This document shows, piece by piece, positions 37,657-50,550 of a stretch of DNA of 64,000 nt. This DNA is from Cenococcum geophilum. Lineage: Eukaryota. The translations under genes were made by a program, and so were the position numbers. The notes beneath the pieces are model-generated. The model searched no databases. It was given only the letters and a program-made list of their open reading frames with translations, and was not told the DNA's origin. Position 1 is the stretch's first letter. Each line of letters starts with the position of its first letter. The stretch covers positions 10,416,001 through 10,480,000 of the forward strand of contig CP158635.1 in the NCBI GenBank assembly GCA_050273025.1. Direction: 5' to 3'.

Positions 37657-40408
37657 AAGACAGCTCCCTTTAGCACGAGTAGCACTAGTACAGTGGCTTA
37701 TTTCTTCTTAGTGGAATACCTAGCTGCTCTATAGTATAACAGTAAAGTTAACCACTAATTAGTGTTGGTTACATAAGGGGATATCACGTAGCTACGGTTC
37801 GTAAATAGTATAATGATTATTATTCTATATATCTTAATAAGGGAGGGCGAGGAGCTTAAGGCTCCTCGCCACGCTAGTGCCGCGGCGATATATAACGGCA
37901 ACTTGCCGTACGTAACGGCAACTTACTATACGTGACGGCAATATGCCTTATATGGTGACCACTTGCCTTTATTCCCAACAGCGAGGCTGTTTAGCTTAGT
38001 ATAAAAATAATATAGGTTTTAATAGGATATAATTTAGGGCTCTAGAACTAGTCCTAAGATACCTATTTTAAGTAAGGTCCCTTTTTTAAGAACTTTTTAT
38101 TTATGGTATAACCAATATATACTATGGGAAAGACAATATCGCAACCTTTTTAAAAGGTAAGTAGTAGTAATACTAAAATTAGCGTAGGTCTATCTTATTA
38201 TATTAATTCTTATTACTTAGAATTTAAGAACTTTAGTCTATATAATAGGGACATAGTTAGGGGCGTAAATCTCTATTAGTAAACTATAAATGTAACTATT
38301 AAAGGTATTTTTAAAGTATCCTTAATAAAGTTAAAAGTTAAAGGAAAAGGGAAAAAATTATAATAGAAAATAGTGCCTAATATATCTATCTAATTATAGA
38401 GTTATAGGCTCGGCCTTAAACCTAATAAGGAGTAAGAGTAGTAATTAAATAATAACCTCTTATACCCTGGCTACAGTTATTCTAAGACGCTAAGGCACTT
38501 TCGGGCTTTAAAGGCCTTAATTAGATTATTATTATATATATATATCTTATCTTCCTAAGTGTTTTCGCTATTAGAATACCCTTTTTACTTAACTAAATAC
38601 TAGACTTTCCTATATCTACTAACTTAGTAGACGCGCTTTTTAACTAACCATTTAATAGTAAACTGGTTATCTTCTATATTTATAGTAGTAAGTAGGCTAA
38701 TATCTTAAATAGCTTATATAGAGGTTAATTCTCCAATATTATCCTTATTATATTTAGCTGGTAATAGTAGGCTACTAATCCGCAGATTAGAAGTAGAGGT
38801 ATGTCTTAAGTATATGTTATAAGGGGCTATACTAAAATTAATATACCTAGGGCTAAGTAGATTAGCACTATTAAGAATAACTAGAGTATTTAGAGTGCTA
38901 TACTCCTACTTCCTAATCTCTATATATTTTAAGCTTAGAGTAGTATTAGTTAAGTCCTTTAGTTTTACGCCGTAAAATAAAGCTTTAATAGTTAAATAGT
39001 CCTCTATATTTCTTATGTATATAAGATAATCTATACCTTGGTTAGACGCCATAATCTTAGCCGTTAGTTATTAATATATACGCAATGTTAAAGTTATATT
39101 GGAATCTTTTTAATTTAGAGTAAGCGTTCTATCTTTATTAGGGTTTGTAAGGTCTACTATATTAATTATATTATATTTAGATATTATACTACTTTGGGCC
39201 ACTACTTAAGGGAGAAGTTTAGGGTTAATTTTCTTAAGTATCTTACTATATATAGATGGCGGCGGGGTATTAGTATTAGAAAAGCTTTTATTTTTAGTTT
39301 AGCTACTATTTATATAACTGCCGAAATCTAATATTAAACGGCTTAAGGGTGTTATAGATTTATTAAATAGGTATTAGCTAATGCTTTTTATTATCTTATT
39401 AATGAAACCGTATCCTACTTTAGCTAGAGCTTTATTACTTATGCTTAATTTCTTCTTATAGCCGGACCTCTACCTTTTAACCTTAGCCGGCTAAATTTCC
39501 GCCTTATAGTCTTCTTTTAATCTTTTTAGTAATTTTAGTTCTTTAATAAAATTAAGGCAATAAATATCTTAAAGATAGAATTTTAGCTTTCTAACTAAAT
39601 TAAATATCGCTCTATATTATAAACTTAGGTAAAGGTAATTTTAGAGGTTTGTTTTTATCTAGGATATCTATATACCTATAGATATGCCTTTTCTATATAG
39701 CCGATTTTAGGAAATTAATATATCCGCAATATAGCTGGCGTAGTACTACTAAGGTAAAAAGGATAGTAGCTAGTAGTAGTAAGTACCCTATTATATATAA
39801 GAGGGTCATATTAAATAGAAAGTGTCTTACGGTCGTCTAAACACGCTTAGTAGTAGTTTCTCTATTATACTTCCCTAAAAATTTACTAGTTATATTAAAA
39901 GCATAGCTTAAAAAAGCCATTATAACTCTTCTTATAGTAGTTATATATATGCCTCTAATTATAAGTGGTCTTTGTCTTTATATCGCTAAGTAGAGATTAA
40001 GCTATTTTCTACTAGCCTATTAAGTTAGAGTAATAGTACTTCTTTAGCTCTAAGCTTGGTTAAAACTCTACTTTAGTACCCTTTTATTATAGCGTAACTA
40101 TATTATAGAGAGCGCTAAGACCTATAGGACTTTGTAAAGTAGCGATCTTAAAAAAAAAACAGATATAAGGCGGTCCTATTTAGGTATAAAAAATTAAGTT
40201 TAGTTAAATATAGTCTGGTAGTAGTATAGTAAGGTATTATCCTTACTATTAATATCTAGTCTATATAGCTGTACCTTTTACTACTTACGGAGTTTTTTAG
40301 TAGTTAGTTTACGTTTCTATATATAAAGCTCCTTTTAATAGGTTATAGAGTTTACGTCCTTCTTCCCTTTTAAAGCGGCAATATCCTCCTCTATATTAAT
40401 ATATTTTA

Positions 40409-43400
40409 TATAAGGTAAGGATATAAATAGGGAGTCTAATAATGGAATAATAGGTATATTATATAGATAGAGACAAATCCTTAAGGGAAAAGGAGGAGTC
40501 TGTATATAAGGTAGGAAGGGTTTTCCTTAAGTATATATAAAGCACGTACCTTATGGGCAAGTCACCCCTAGGTTGCCCCAGGGTCGCCTATACCTTATAG
40601 CTATATAACTATCTACTTAGGTTTCACCTAATAATACCCCCCCCCCTTTAAAAAGGGTCGTCCCTAATCCTTTATATACTTAAGCCTTAATAAAACCCCA
40701 TAAAAAAAACCTTGGTAAGGAAAAAATTTAGAGGGGAAAGAGCGTTTTAATTTTTTATATAGAGAGACGGGTAGTATATATACGCGGCGCGAAGATATTA
40801 AGGAACTTTAACCGGCAGTTAAAGTTGTTTAATTAGTTAGATTTGCCTTACTAAAACTCCCCTACATTTAACCGAGCTAGTAACGATTTTATATACCCGG
40901 TATAGAAAATCCTAATTGGTCTATTTAATAGGTAGAGCTAGTAGAGCTTAATACTATTACCTAAATTTAGTAGACTAGAAATATTCCAAAGTTCGCTTAT
41001 ATAGGTAGGTCGCTAGTACCTTGCGGGTAAGTCGTAGGTTATTTATATACAGTCAGATTCGTAAACGGTAAGGCTATATACCTATTAAATCCGCCACTAA
41101 CCCTACTTTGGCCTTACGCTATGCCGGCGTCGCGCCGTATATACTTCGTGGGTAGGTTATAGGTTACTTATATATAGCCAGATTAGGATAGTAAGGCTAT
41201 ATACCTATTAGACCCGCCGCTAACCTATACTTTAGCCTTATGCATTATCTGCGTAGTATATACGTAGAATAGTATATAAGTTATTAGTATAGGTTACCAC
41301 CAGCGGGTTACTAGTAGGTTGTAAACTCTGGTTAAATAGACCCCGGTTATAGACGGGCCTATTTTCTAATATATAAATAATCTACTTGGCTAGTATAAAG
41401 TAATAGACTAGGTTTAGAAAGGGTACTTTTTAAATCTAGGCTATAGTTCTTATAGCAACCATTACTTATTCTTTAATCCCTTAGGACATTCTCTACTCCG
41501 CTTTAATGCAGGTTATATTTTAACAGCGGCGCTTACTTTTTACCTACGCTTCGGCTATAAGGCTAGGGTATCCCGCTTATGGTACTTATCTAATAGTTAT
41601 TAATAATTCTTAAGTTCTGTCTCGTATTTCCATTTATTATACTTATTTAGCCATTTTAGCTATTTAATGAGGTACTATAGTTATCTAGTATGATTTTAAT
41701 AGGTAACGATTACTTCTACTTCCTAGCTGCCTTCCTTAAGCTCTTCTACTGCTAGGGGTTAAAACCTAGGGCGTAACCTATAAGGCTCTAATAGGGAGAT
41801 ATAGAAGACTAAGTAGAGCTATGCTATAGTAGGTAGAAGCTCTAGCTTATATACTTACTGCCCTACGCGCTCTAGGATCTAAAACGGTCCTATAAACTTA
41901 TAGTTAAGCTTTTTATAGGGACGTTTTATACGGATATTCTTGGAGGAGAGCAGGACTTATTTATTAACGGCGAAGTGTTTAGCTAGGTAGTGATAATTGT
42001 AGTATTTTACCTAAAGCTTTTAAGCGTGTATTATTAACGTCGCCGCTACCTTATATATAAGGCGCAGGCGTTATAAATACGTTTTTGCGAGTTGGGCATT
42101 CGTTAACTCAGACCCCTCCCTACCTTATTAGGCGTCTTAAACGCTATCTAGGACTCTGTCTGGGACGTTTAGTAGCTAGCTATAGGCAAGCTTAATAGGA
42201 GAACGCCTCATCATAGCACGGACCTTAAAATTATAGGTAAAGGCTACTTCTTTAAGTAGGGAGGCCTAATTAAACTATTCCCAGTTTGTAAATATATATA
42301 GGTATATCTTAAGCTCTTAGTTCTAACGCTCTATTTAACTATCTATCTGCGGGTAAAATATAGTACTAATTTTACGTTAAATGCGGAGATAGTAGTATAT
42401 GGTACTTTAGTACTCGCTTATAAATATACTACCCCTATTAGAGATAATATTATCTAAAGGCCCTATTTACATAAAGACTCTAAATAAGAGTTCTGCGAGT
42501 TGCGTAGCATTAATTATTTTACGCACTAAATAGTAGCGTACTAGCTTCGTAAAATGGTCTATAAGGATAAGGACGGAGTTATACTTTACGCTATTAGGAG
42601 TCTTAGGCTCTAGGAAATCCGTAATAAAGTTAAGTAAATAATATTGCTAGGCTTAGGTAGGGACCTAAAGAGGCTATAGCTTACTATAGGGTTTATAACG
42701 GCGCAATTTAGAGCGTTAGTAGGTATTATAATTATCTAGGTATTTATAGAGGTCCTAGGTAAGGCCATTCTAAGTATACTTCCGCGCGATTACCTTAAAG
42801 GTATAGTTAAAACTATAGTAGCCGCCTATAGAATCGTTATAATTCCGCTTAAGGATCTCCTATTATAGTAGTGTGTAATTTAGCACCTAAACCTTATTAT
42901 TTTGCCTTAGGAGTCCTTAACTATTAAGGGTATAGTCCTTATTACCAGTAGGAACTTATTTTTAGGTTAACTAATTATATATAGAGCGTATAAAGGCGTC
43001 CCTTTTTTATACTCCACGAATAAAATTAACTAGTAACTTAGGGGGTTATTCTATAAACGCCGTTTTAGCTAAAGCAGCTACTACTACCTCTTGCTATAGT
43101 ATGAGACTCTACGTAAAGTTAGTGCTAGCGAAGTAATATATAAGGCGTAGGTAACTTACTAGGTTATTATAGGGGACTATAGCCTAGGCTAAGGGGTCTT
43201 CCCTAGGGCTAAGCGCTATTAGGTTAGTTAAAGTGGTCTTAAAGAGAATAGTAGGACGCTCTTATCTGCCGGCGCTAAGTTTACAAGGGTTACTTATATA
43301 CTACACGCATACTACTCACTAGTTTAGTGTAGTAGCACTAAGGCCGCCCATAAGGCCTATAACCTGCAACTTTTACTATAATATGGGTAGCATAGTATTA

Positions 43401-46400
43401 AGGATTATCCTCTTACTACTATCTTTAAAGCCTTTAGTATAATCCAAGCGCTAGGATAGTATATTAGCGGGATTTACTTTGCCTAGCTTATATTTAATCT
43501 TAAAATTAAACTTAGCTAGTTCCTTAATATACTAGGTCTAGCGAGTAAATAAGCTCTTAGTAGTTATAAAGTACCTAAGATTATTATAATTGCAGAGCAC
43601 GCGCGTTATATACGCGGCGTATTTAAGGTAATAGCGCCATGTCTTAAAGCATTACACTATAGCGAGTAGTTCTTTGTTATACATATTATACCGTACTTTT
43701 AGGCTAGTAAGCTTCTAACTATAATAAGCGATTAAGTGCTAGTAGAGTTAATCTCCCTGCCCTAAAGGCTATAGATGTATACCGCTATAGGCATAATTAG
43801 AAGCATTAGTAATCACTATTAGAGGTAAATTAGGGTTAAAGTAGCGAAGTAGAGAAGCCTATATAAACGCAGCGCGTAGCTTATAAAACGCCTACTATGC
43901 GTTATTAAGCTAGGACTAAGGTTAATACTATTTAATAAGCCCTTTTAACTTACGCTTTTACTTCTTCTCCCTATCTAACGTTAGGTCGCGATATGCCTAT
44001 ATAAGATATGTGTATAGGGGGTATACGGTATCCAAATAGTTCCAGATAAATTGCCTATAGAAGTTAGTAAAGCTAAGGAAGACCTAGATGTCCCTATAGG
44101 ACTTAGGCTTAGGCTATTCCTTAATAGCTTTTATATGGTTAAGGTCTATTATAATACCCCTAGGGGTAATAATAAAGCCTAGGAACTTAACGTTCTTAAT
44201 ATAAAAGATATATTTTAATAGTTTGGCGTATAAGCCCTAAGCGCAGAGCTATCGCAGTACCTGCTTAATATACTCAATATCCTTATCCTTATTATTTAAG
44301 TAAATAAGAATATTATTTAGGTAGACTATATAGATGGTATCTATTAGGGTTTTTAGAGCTTTATAAATATAGCTCTAGAAAGTTATAGGGGTGTTAGTAA
44401 GACTAAAGGGTATTACTAGGTACTTAAAGTAACTATAGCGTGTCTTAAATATGGTCTTCTATTTATCTCCCTTTTTAATATAAATCCTATAGTACGCATT
44501 ATAAAGATCTAGCTTTATAAATACCTTTGCATAGCTAAGCCTATTAAAGAGTTCACCGACTAGCGGTAGGGGGTACCGATTCTTAATTATAATCTTATTT
44601 AGGCGTCTATAGTCGACGTATAGCCGTATTATACCGTCTGCTTTCGGTATAAAGAGGATAGGCGCTCTAGTAGGCGACTTACTAGGCCTAATCTAGCCCC
44701 TTTTAAGAGCACTGTTTAGGTACTTTTATAAGATCTATAACTCTTTCTATAAGAGGTTATAGAGGGGTATTTATGGTAGTGTTTTACCTTCTTCTAAGTT
44801 GATTATATAGTTGTACTTAGAGTTCTGCGGTAGTATACTTGCTAGCTTATTAGAGAAGATATTAATTTCCTCCTTATATATATCTAGTAGACTAGGGGCT
44901 ATAGAGGTTAAAGTAACTATTATATAGTAGTGTGCTTTTAGGAGCTAGTAGAGAGAAGGGTGTAGCCAATATGCGTTTTATAGGTATGCTTACACTAAGA
45001 GTGCATACAGCTCTACTATAGTATACTTAATAGTTTTAGGGTTTTAATTACCTCCCCCTTATATATAGGTGATCTGTGCTAGCACCGGAGGGTCTCTATA
45101 GGTACTCGCTATTAGTGGCAGCAGGTCCTCTACTATATTTATAACTAGTATCTCTACGTCTAAAGGGTCTGTATGGGTACTCGCTATTAGTAACAATAGG
45201 TCCTCTATTATATTTACGACTGGCGTAAAAAAGGAGTCTTCTAGCCATAGTAAATAGACTATTTTGCCAGCTATAATATCTACTAGGAAAGTATTAAGGG
45301 TAACTATCTAGAGGCGTTTAGGGTCTAAAGTACCCTAGATAAACTGTTTAGAATGGAAGCTAATTAATAGATCTACTTCCGCGAGCTAATCCTATTTAAG
45401 AACTATATTATAACTATTAAATAAGCCGCCCTAAAAGGTCTGCGGGCCGATAGTGTAAGGGGTACCCTAGAAGTCGCTAGTGGTGACTATTAGATTATAG
45501 GTATCCTAGATTATTATTTAGTTACTATTAAGGAAACGTGCGATAGGTTTACGTAAATATAGCGCGTAGCGTATAGGCAGGTTAAACCTATAGACGACGT
45601 CTTAATTAATAAGGTTGATTTAGTACCTATTATCGTATAAAGTATATAGGCGGACTTTGCCCTAGGGCGTATCTATTATAATATATACTATAATGCGTTT
45701 CTTCTCTCCCTCTATATTAGGCCCTAGTTGCAGTTAAGAGAGATATATTACTAGGGCTTTATATTTCCGAAGGCCGAGCTAACTTCTTTCTATTAGCCTA
45801 CATCTAGTATTCCTTACAGTAGCCACCTGTGGTCCTTTAACTTACGTGCGTAGTACTAGTATTTAGGGGGTCCCCTAAGCTATCTAGCTTTTAGGTAATC
45901 TCCCTAGAAGTTTACTTAAAGTATTGCCCTTTTTAGGTTCTATTCCCTAAGCCTAACTCTATAAAGCCTATGCTGCGACCGCGCTTCGTACGCGATAATT
46001 TGCCGCTGCTACTTACGCGATCTTCCGCGAGCTTCGTAGTATTAAGCAATTACTCTATACAGCTGATTTTATTAAAGAGGTCTTTAGCGGTTCTTACCCG
46101 TTAGGCGAAGTTCTGGCAGAAGAGCTCTGCTTATAGGTAGGCTAGAAGATATAAAAACTAAAAGTCTACCTATTATTTAAAATTAATAAAAGGGGTATAA
46201 GAGAAGAGGTCTTCTAAGCTACGTATATAGGCTAGGAAGATATTAAACCTCTAGTTCTCCTTTATAACAGCTATATAGTATATTATAGCGTTATTAAAGC
46301 GTCTTACTATAGGGTTCCTAATTTGGTTTTGGACTATAGTCTTAAACTTATCCTATAGTAAAGGACCCTTATCCTTAGTGCCTAACCAGCAATAAACTAG

Positions 46401-47223
46401 TTAGGCGATTGTCTTTTCTTTTATAAGACCTTTAATGGCCTAGCGCGTGCGTCGCTTATAGTTATAGTCGGCGTTATTAACCTTAAATCGGTTCTTAACT
46501 ACGGCAATCCACTAGTTAAAATACTATTAAGTAGTACCGCTAATATTAGGTAGTAACTTCTTAACTAGGGCGTTAAGATTTAATTAGCGTATACGTTCGC
46601 CATATAACTTATACTCTTTACTAAAGAGGTAACGGGAGGGCTTTATTAAATTAATAATACTCTATAAGTTAGCTATTTTCTTAGCTAGCTTATCTAGCTC
46701 CTTTATATTAGCGGTATTAGGTAGGATACTAGTAACCTTACTAAGCTCTTATTAAGCCTAGGTATATAAGTTAAACTAGTCTTTAGCGTTTATAGATATC
46801 TAATCGTTTTAAGATTTAGAAAATGGCTTAGATGCTACTAGTGTACTTTTAGCGGTTTTGTCTATACTAGATCCTAAGGCGTTCTACAGTCGCATCGCTA
46901 GCGTATTACCGTTAGGTATAGGCGTCGGTTTTCTTTTTAGAGGCATTATAGAAAAATTGAACCAGCTATCCTCCTAAGGGGATTAGTAAGGATTTAAATA
47001 TAAGGTAAAGATGTAGATAGGGAGTCCAATAATAAAACAATAGGTATATTATATAGATAGAGACGAATCCTTAAGGGAAAAGAAGGAGTCTGTATGTAAG
47101 GTAGGAAGGGTTTTTCTTAAGTATATGTAGAGTACGTGCCTTACGGGTGAGTTACCCCTAGGTTGCCCCAGGGTCGCCCATACCTTGCGGCTATATAACT
47201 ATCTACTTAGGTTTTACCTAACA
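40409..47223 (-). mobile_element. Ty3/Gypsy chromovirus family D, full-length and RIP-inactivated
   Basis: 225-bp LTRs 40409-40633 and 46999-47223. TSD tttta. PPT (C-run on +) at ~40637-40646. RT 'IVYLNNILIY' at ~44300-44335. Chromodomain-like segment at ~41620-41735. Confidence 0.93.
41024..41253. repeat. Two ~105-bp direct repeats (period ~125 bp) in the Gypsy D 3' UTR
   Basis: gggta.gt..taggtta.ttatata.ag.cagatt...gtaaggctatatacctatta.a.ccgcc.ctaacc...ttt.gcctta occurs twice. Confidence 0.8.
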
Positions 47224-47386
47224 TTTTAAGCTATTCTTAAATTTATACTGCTTCTCTACTAGGAGAAATTACTATAGTTTTAGGTTATAAGGGAGAGATA
47301 AACTGTAGAAAAGGTTATTAATAATACTATATAGTTTAGTACTAAAGTAGCTCGCCTAGCTATCTATACCACTATTATTAGGTATA

Positions 47387-48070
47387 ACGTAATCCATAAG
47401 CTAGTGGCCCACCCCAAAAACTCACTAAAACCCCCAAAAATCGTTCTTCAATATCTTAATAACAGCTTAATAACAAATTATAATAAATTATAATTAGACT
47501 TTTATACTTATTTTAAGACCTCTATTAAAGTTTTAGAGTAATTAAATTAGCTATTATTACTGTATAATTACAGCACCTATTGTACCAACCGCGTGCTTAC
47601 GCGTTCGGTACACCAGGTACGCGTTTACGCGTTTAGTGCACCAACCACTCGCTTACGCGTCTGGTGCACTTATGAAGCACTGACTAATCAGGGGGGAGGT
47701 GCATCAGTATATAGACCACGTAGTCTGCTTTATACAATCGACAGTCACCATCCAAACAAGCATACGATACTACATGTATTTCGTGCCCGTGGATACGACT
47801 CACTCGTGCTATTAAATTGGTACGAACAATTACTATATTAAGATTTAGCTCTTAAATTTAAGCCTAATTATTATATCTTAAAAACCACTTATTAAATTAC
47901 TTTAAAACTTTAATGGGGGTCTTAAAATAGGTAAAAGAGTCTAATTTTAAATTTTTATAATTTATTGTTAAGCGGTTGTTAAGATATTAAAGAACGATCT
48001 TTGGTTTTTTTTAGTGGGGTTTTAAATTGAGCCACTCGCTTATACTGGGCCACTAGCTTGTAAATCACGT
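47387..48070. mobile_element. Pogo/Fot1-type MITE with long (~170 bp) inverted arms, TA TSD
   Basis: ta|acgtaatccataagctagtggccca ... tgggccactagcttgtaaatcacgt|ta. The arms continue inward (tcgttcttcaatatcttaa / ttaagatattaaagaacga). Confidence 0.85.
47561..47828 (+). mobile_element. Solo LTR of Copia family B, barely RIP-mutated
   Basis: tgtataattac...tacgaaca matches 21721-21968. TSD attac at 47556-47560 and 47829-47833. Confidence 0.95.
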
Positions 48071-48094
48071 TATAGTAATTATTAAATATATTTA

Positions 48095-49258
48095 AATCTC
48101 TCTACCTAGTGTGCTTTATTTTTTAAGTAACTAAATATAGCTTATCTTTACTAGAAATTAATTAGTAAGTAGCCTAAAAATAAAAGAAATAACTAGATAT
48201 ATACTAATCTAGTATAAGCCCTCCGCCCTAAAGTTATAAATTATAGGCGGTTAAGGGTATCCTATATAGATACCTAGCGCTTTAAGGCGAAAGCTAAATA
48301 TGTTTACCTTCTTAATTTTCTATCTTATAGATATACTCTTAAAGAAAGGTATATTAAGTATACTTTTTATTATTATAAATAAAGCATCTTCCCCTTTAAT
48401 AGTACTATATTAAGGAGCTCTTTAATAATATTATAGTTCCTAAATGCCTTTACTATAATAAGTATAGCCAGTATTAGGAGTACAGGGCTGTAAATAAGAG
48501 GTATTAATACTATACCCTTATATAAAGTATGTTCTAGCCTGCTAATATAAGAATTAAAACTGCCGCTTAATTTAATAAGCTAAGTAACCTAGCGCTTACC
48601 TCTTATCTAGTATTATAGTTATATTCTTAGCATCTTAAATAATTTAAATGGCAAACTCTACATTTCTATGCTTATTGCGAAATACTCTAAAGGTTATATC
48701 TTATATTATAACTAAGTTAATCTATTTACATACTACGCTATATATATACGTATTAGGGAGGGAGGGGTTTCCTTACTTTATAGTGTAAACCCTAGCTAGA
48801 ACCCGCTTAATAGCTAAACTTAATATACCTACTAACTTATATAAAGAATAAATAATAGCTATAAGATCCGCTTAATTATTTACTTTTATTACTAGTTATT
48901 TATACGTAATCCAATCTGCCGTTTATAGCTGCCTTTTTAAATAAATTAAGTAGTTCTTAGTTATAAACCTTTTCAGCCTTTTTTATAGGTATTTTTAGTT
49001 TATTAGCTAGTGGGTCTTTAATAAACTAAATAAGATTAGAACTCTAATAAGAAGAAAATAGGGAAATATAGATAGAATATATATTTATAATAAAGGCGAC
49101 TCGTAGGCGCTAAGCAGGCGAGTCCCAAAAGGCGGGGAGATGGATCACGGGGTTTTCTCATTTTTCTTAAATAGAGTTTTCTCCCCACATGTAAATAAGG
49201 AGTAGTCCGCGTGGGCCCAATAGGGATCCGAATCGGACGTTAAGCAATGAATTATTAT
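48095..49258 (+). mobile_element. Probable second non-LTR retroelement fragment sharing the 3' tail of 33173-34196 (5' boundary uncertain)
   Basis: 49199-49258 ggagtagtccgcgtgggcccaatagggatccgaatcggacgttaagcaatgaattattat aligns with 34134-34196. Possible TSD tatattta at 48087-48094 and 49259-49266. Confidence 0.5.
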
Positions 49259-50550
49259 TATATTTATAATAAAGAGGGTTATATTTACGGGTATTATAGT
49301 ATTAATATAATACTAGCTAGTTATAAAATCTTTCTAGTACTAGCCAATAGTTAGATTATTCTTAACACTATTAATACTATATACTATATTCTTAATAAAA
49401 TCTTTTAAGGATACTAGGTTATATAGAGAAGAACTAAGATTTTCTTTAGCGAATTTATTTAATAAAGGGTTAGAGTGGGATAGAATCCAACCGCTATAGT
49501 ATACTAATTATAACTTACTAATACTACAGCTCTACCTTTCTAAGATAAGCTTTCTTTATCTTTAGCTTAAAGCGCTTTAAACTTTAGTACCATCTATACT
49601 CTCCCTACTTTAATTAGAGCCCTTTACCCTTACTATAGTAAGGAACTCACGAGGGTTTTTTTTAGGTATTTTATAAAGAAATAAACAAGGCAAGTAGAAG
49701 CTAAGGTAAAGAAAAAAGGGAAGAGGAATATAAAGATAGGCTTATAAAAGCGGACGGGCGAGCTACGGAATAGCAGGTAAAAGGAAAAAGAGAAAGGGAG
49801 AGAGAGAGAGAGAGGAGATCTTATAGTAAGAGATAAGGCACCTCCTCTTTAACTAACACCTTTAGGGACGCCACATTAGATACGGGCGCAGCTTAAAACG
49901 GGCAAATGCTCTATTTTAAAGGGAGCCTAGTTTTAGGAACCCTATAGGCCTAAAACGCGGCCCTTAAGATCGTTATATAGAGTTAATAATTTGCATTAGT
50001 AAGGACGTAGCACTTTTAAGGCATAATTAGTTAATAAAGATAGAGGAGTAGTAACGTAACTAAGCAGCCTAAGTATAACCTAAGTAAGAGGGTAAGCAGC
50101 CTAAGCAGCGGGTAAGTTAAGGGTGCTTAGCGCCTAAGTAGAGCGGTAATGCTAACTAACTAAATCGGATTCCGCCGAGGGGAGTTTTAGTCTATAACTA
50201 CTGTTATTAATATTAATTAGTAGTCCGTATACTAATAAGTAAGTAAAGAATAAGGACTCTGTCTTATTTAAACTATAAAGAAAAGAAGCTATTTATATAT
50301 AAGATAGGTATCTAAAATAGGAAAGGGGGGGGGGTATATAACTAAAATGGGGGTAGTAGTATAACTGGAATAGGAATAAGGACAGGGTAATAGACTAAAT
50401 TTAACCTAAATCGACAGTTAGTATCGTCGCATTAATTAAGAATTACCTTAATAGCGGTAAACTCTACCTCTAATACTTCCTCCTTACGCTTGTACTATAT
50501 CGGTAATATTTATATTTTAGTATTTTTAGGCGCATTTAATAGGGCGTAAC

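Larger units (their letters stand above)
16800..37980 (-). mobile_element. Ty1/Copia family A, full-length and RIP-inactivated, hosting Gypsy C
   Basis: LTRs 16800-16997 and 37763-37980 (tgttgg...ccaaca). TSD gcgag at 16795-16799 and 37981-37985. RT/RH at ~17400-19000. The integrase (de-RIP VPVEAHNSIGKVE|QYHAPLRR) is split at 19699/34805. Confidence 0.95.

Noticed and set aside
47593..47841. 82-aa ORF
   Set aside because: It lies in a solo LTR, has a non-ATG start and crosses the LTR boundary.
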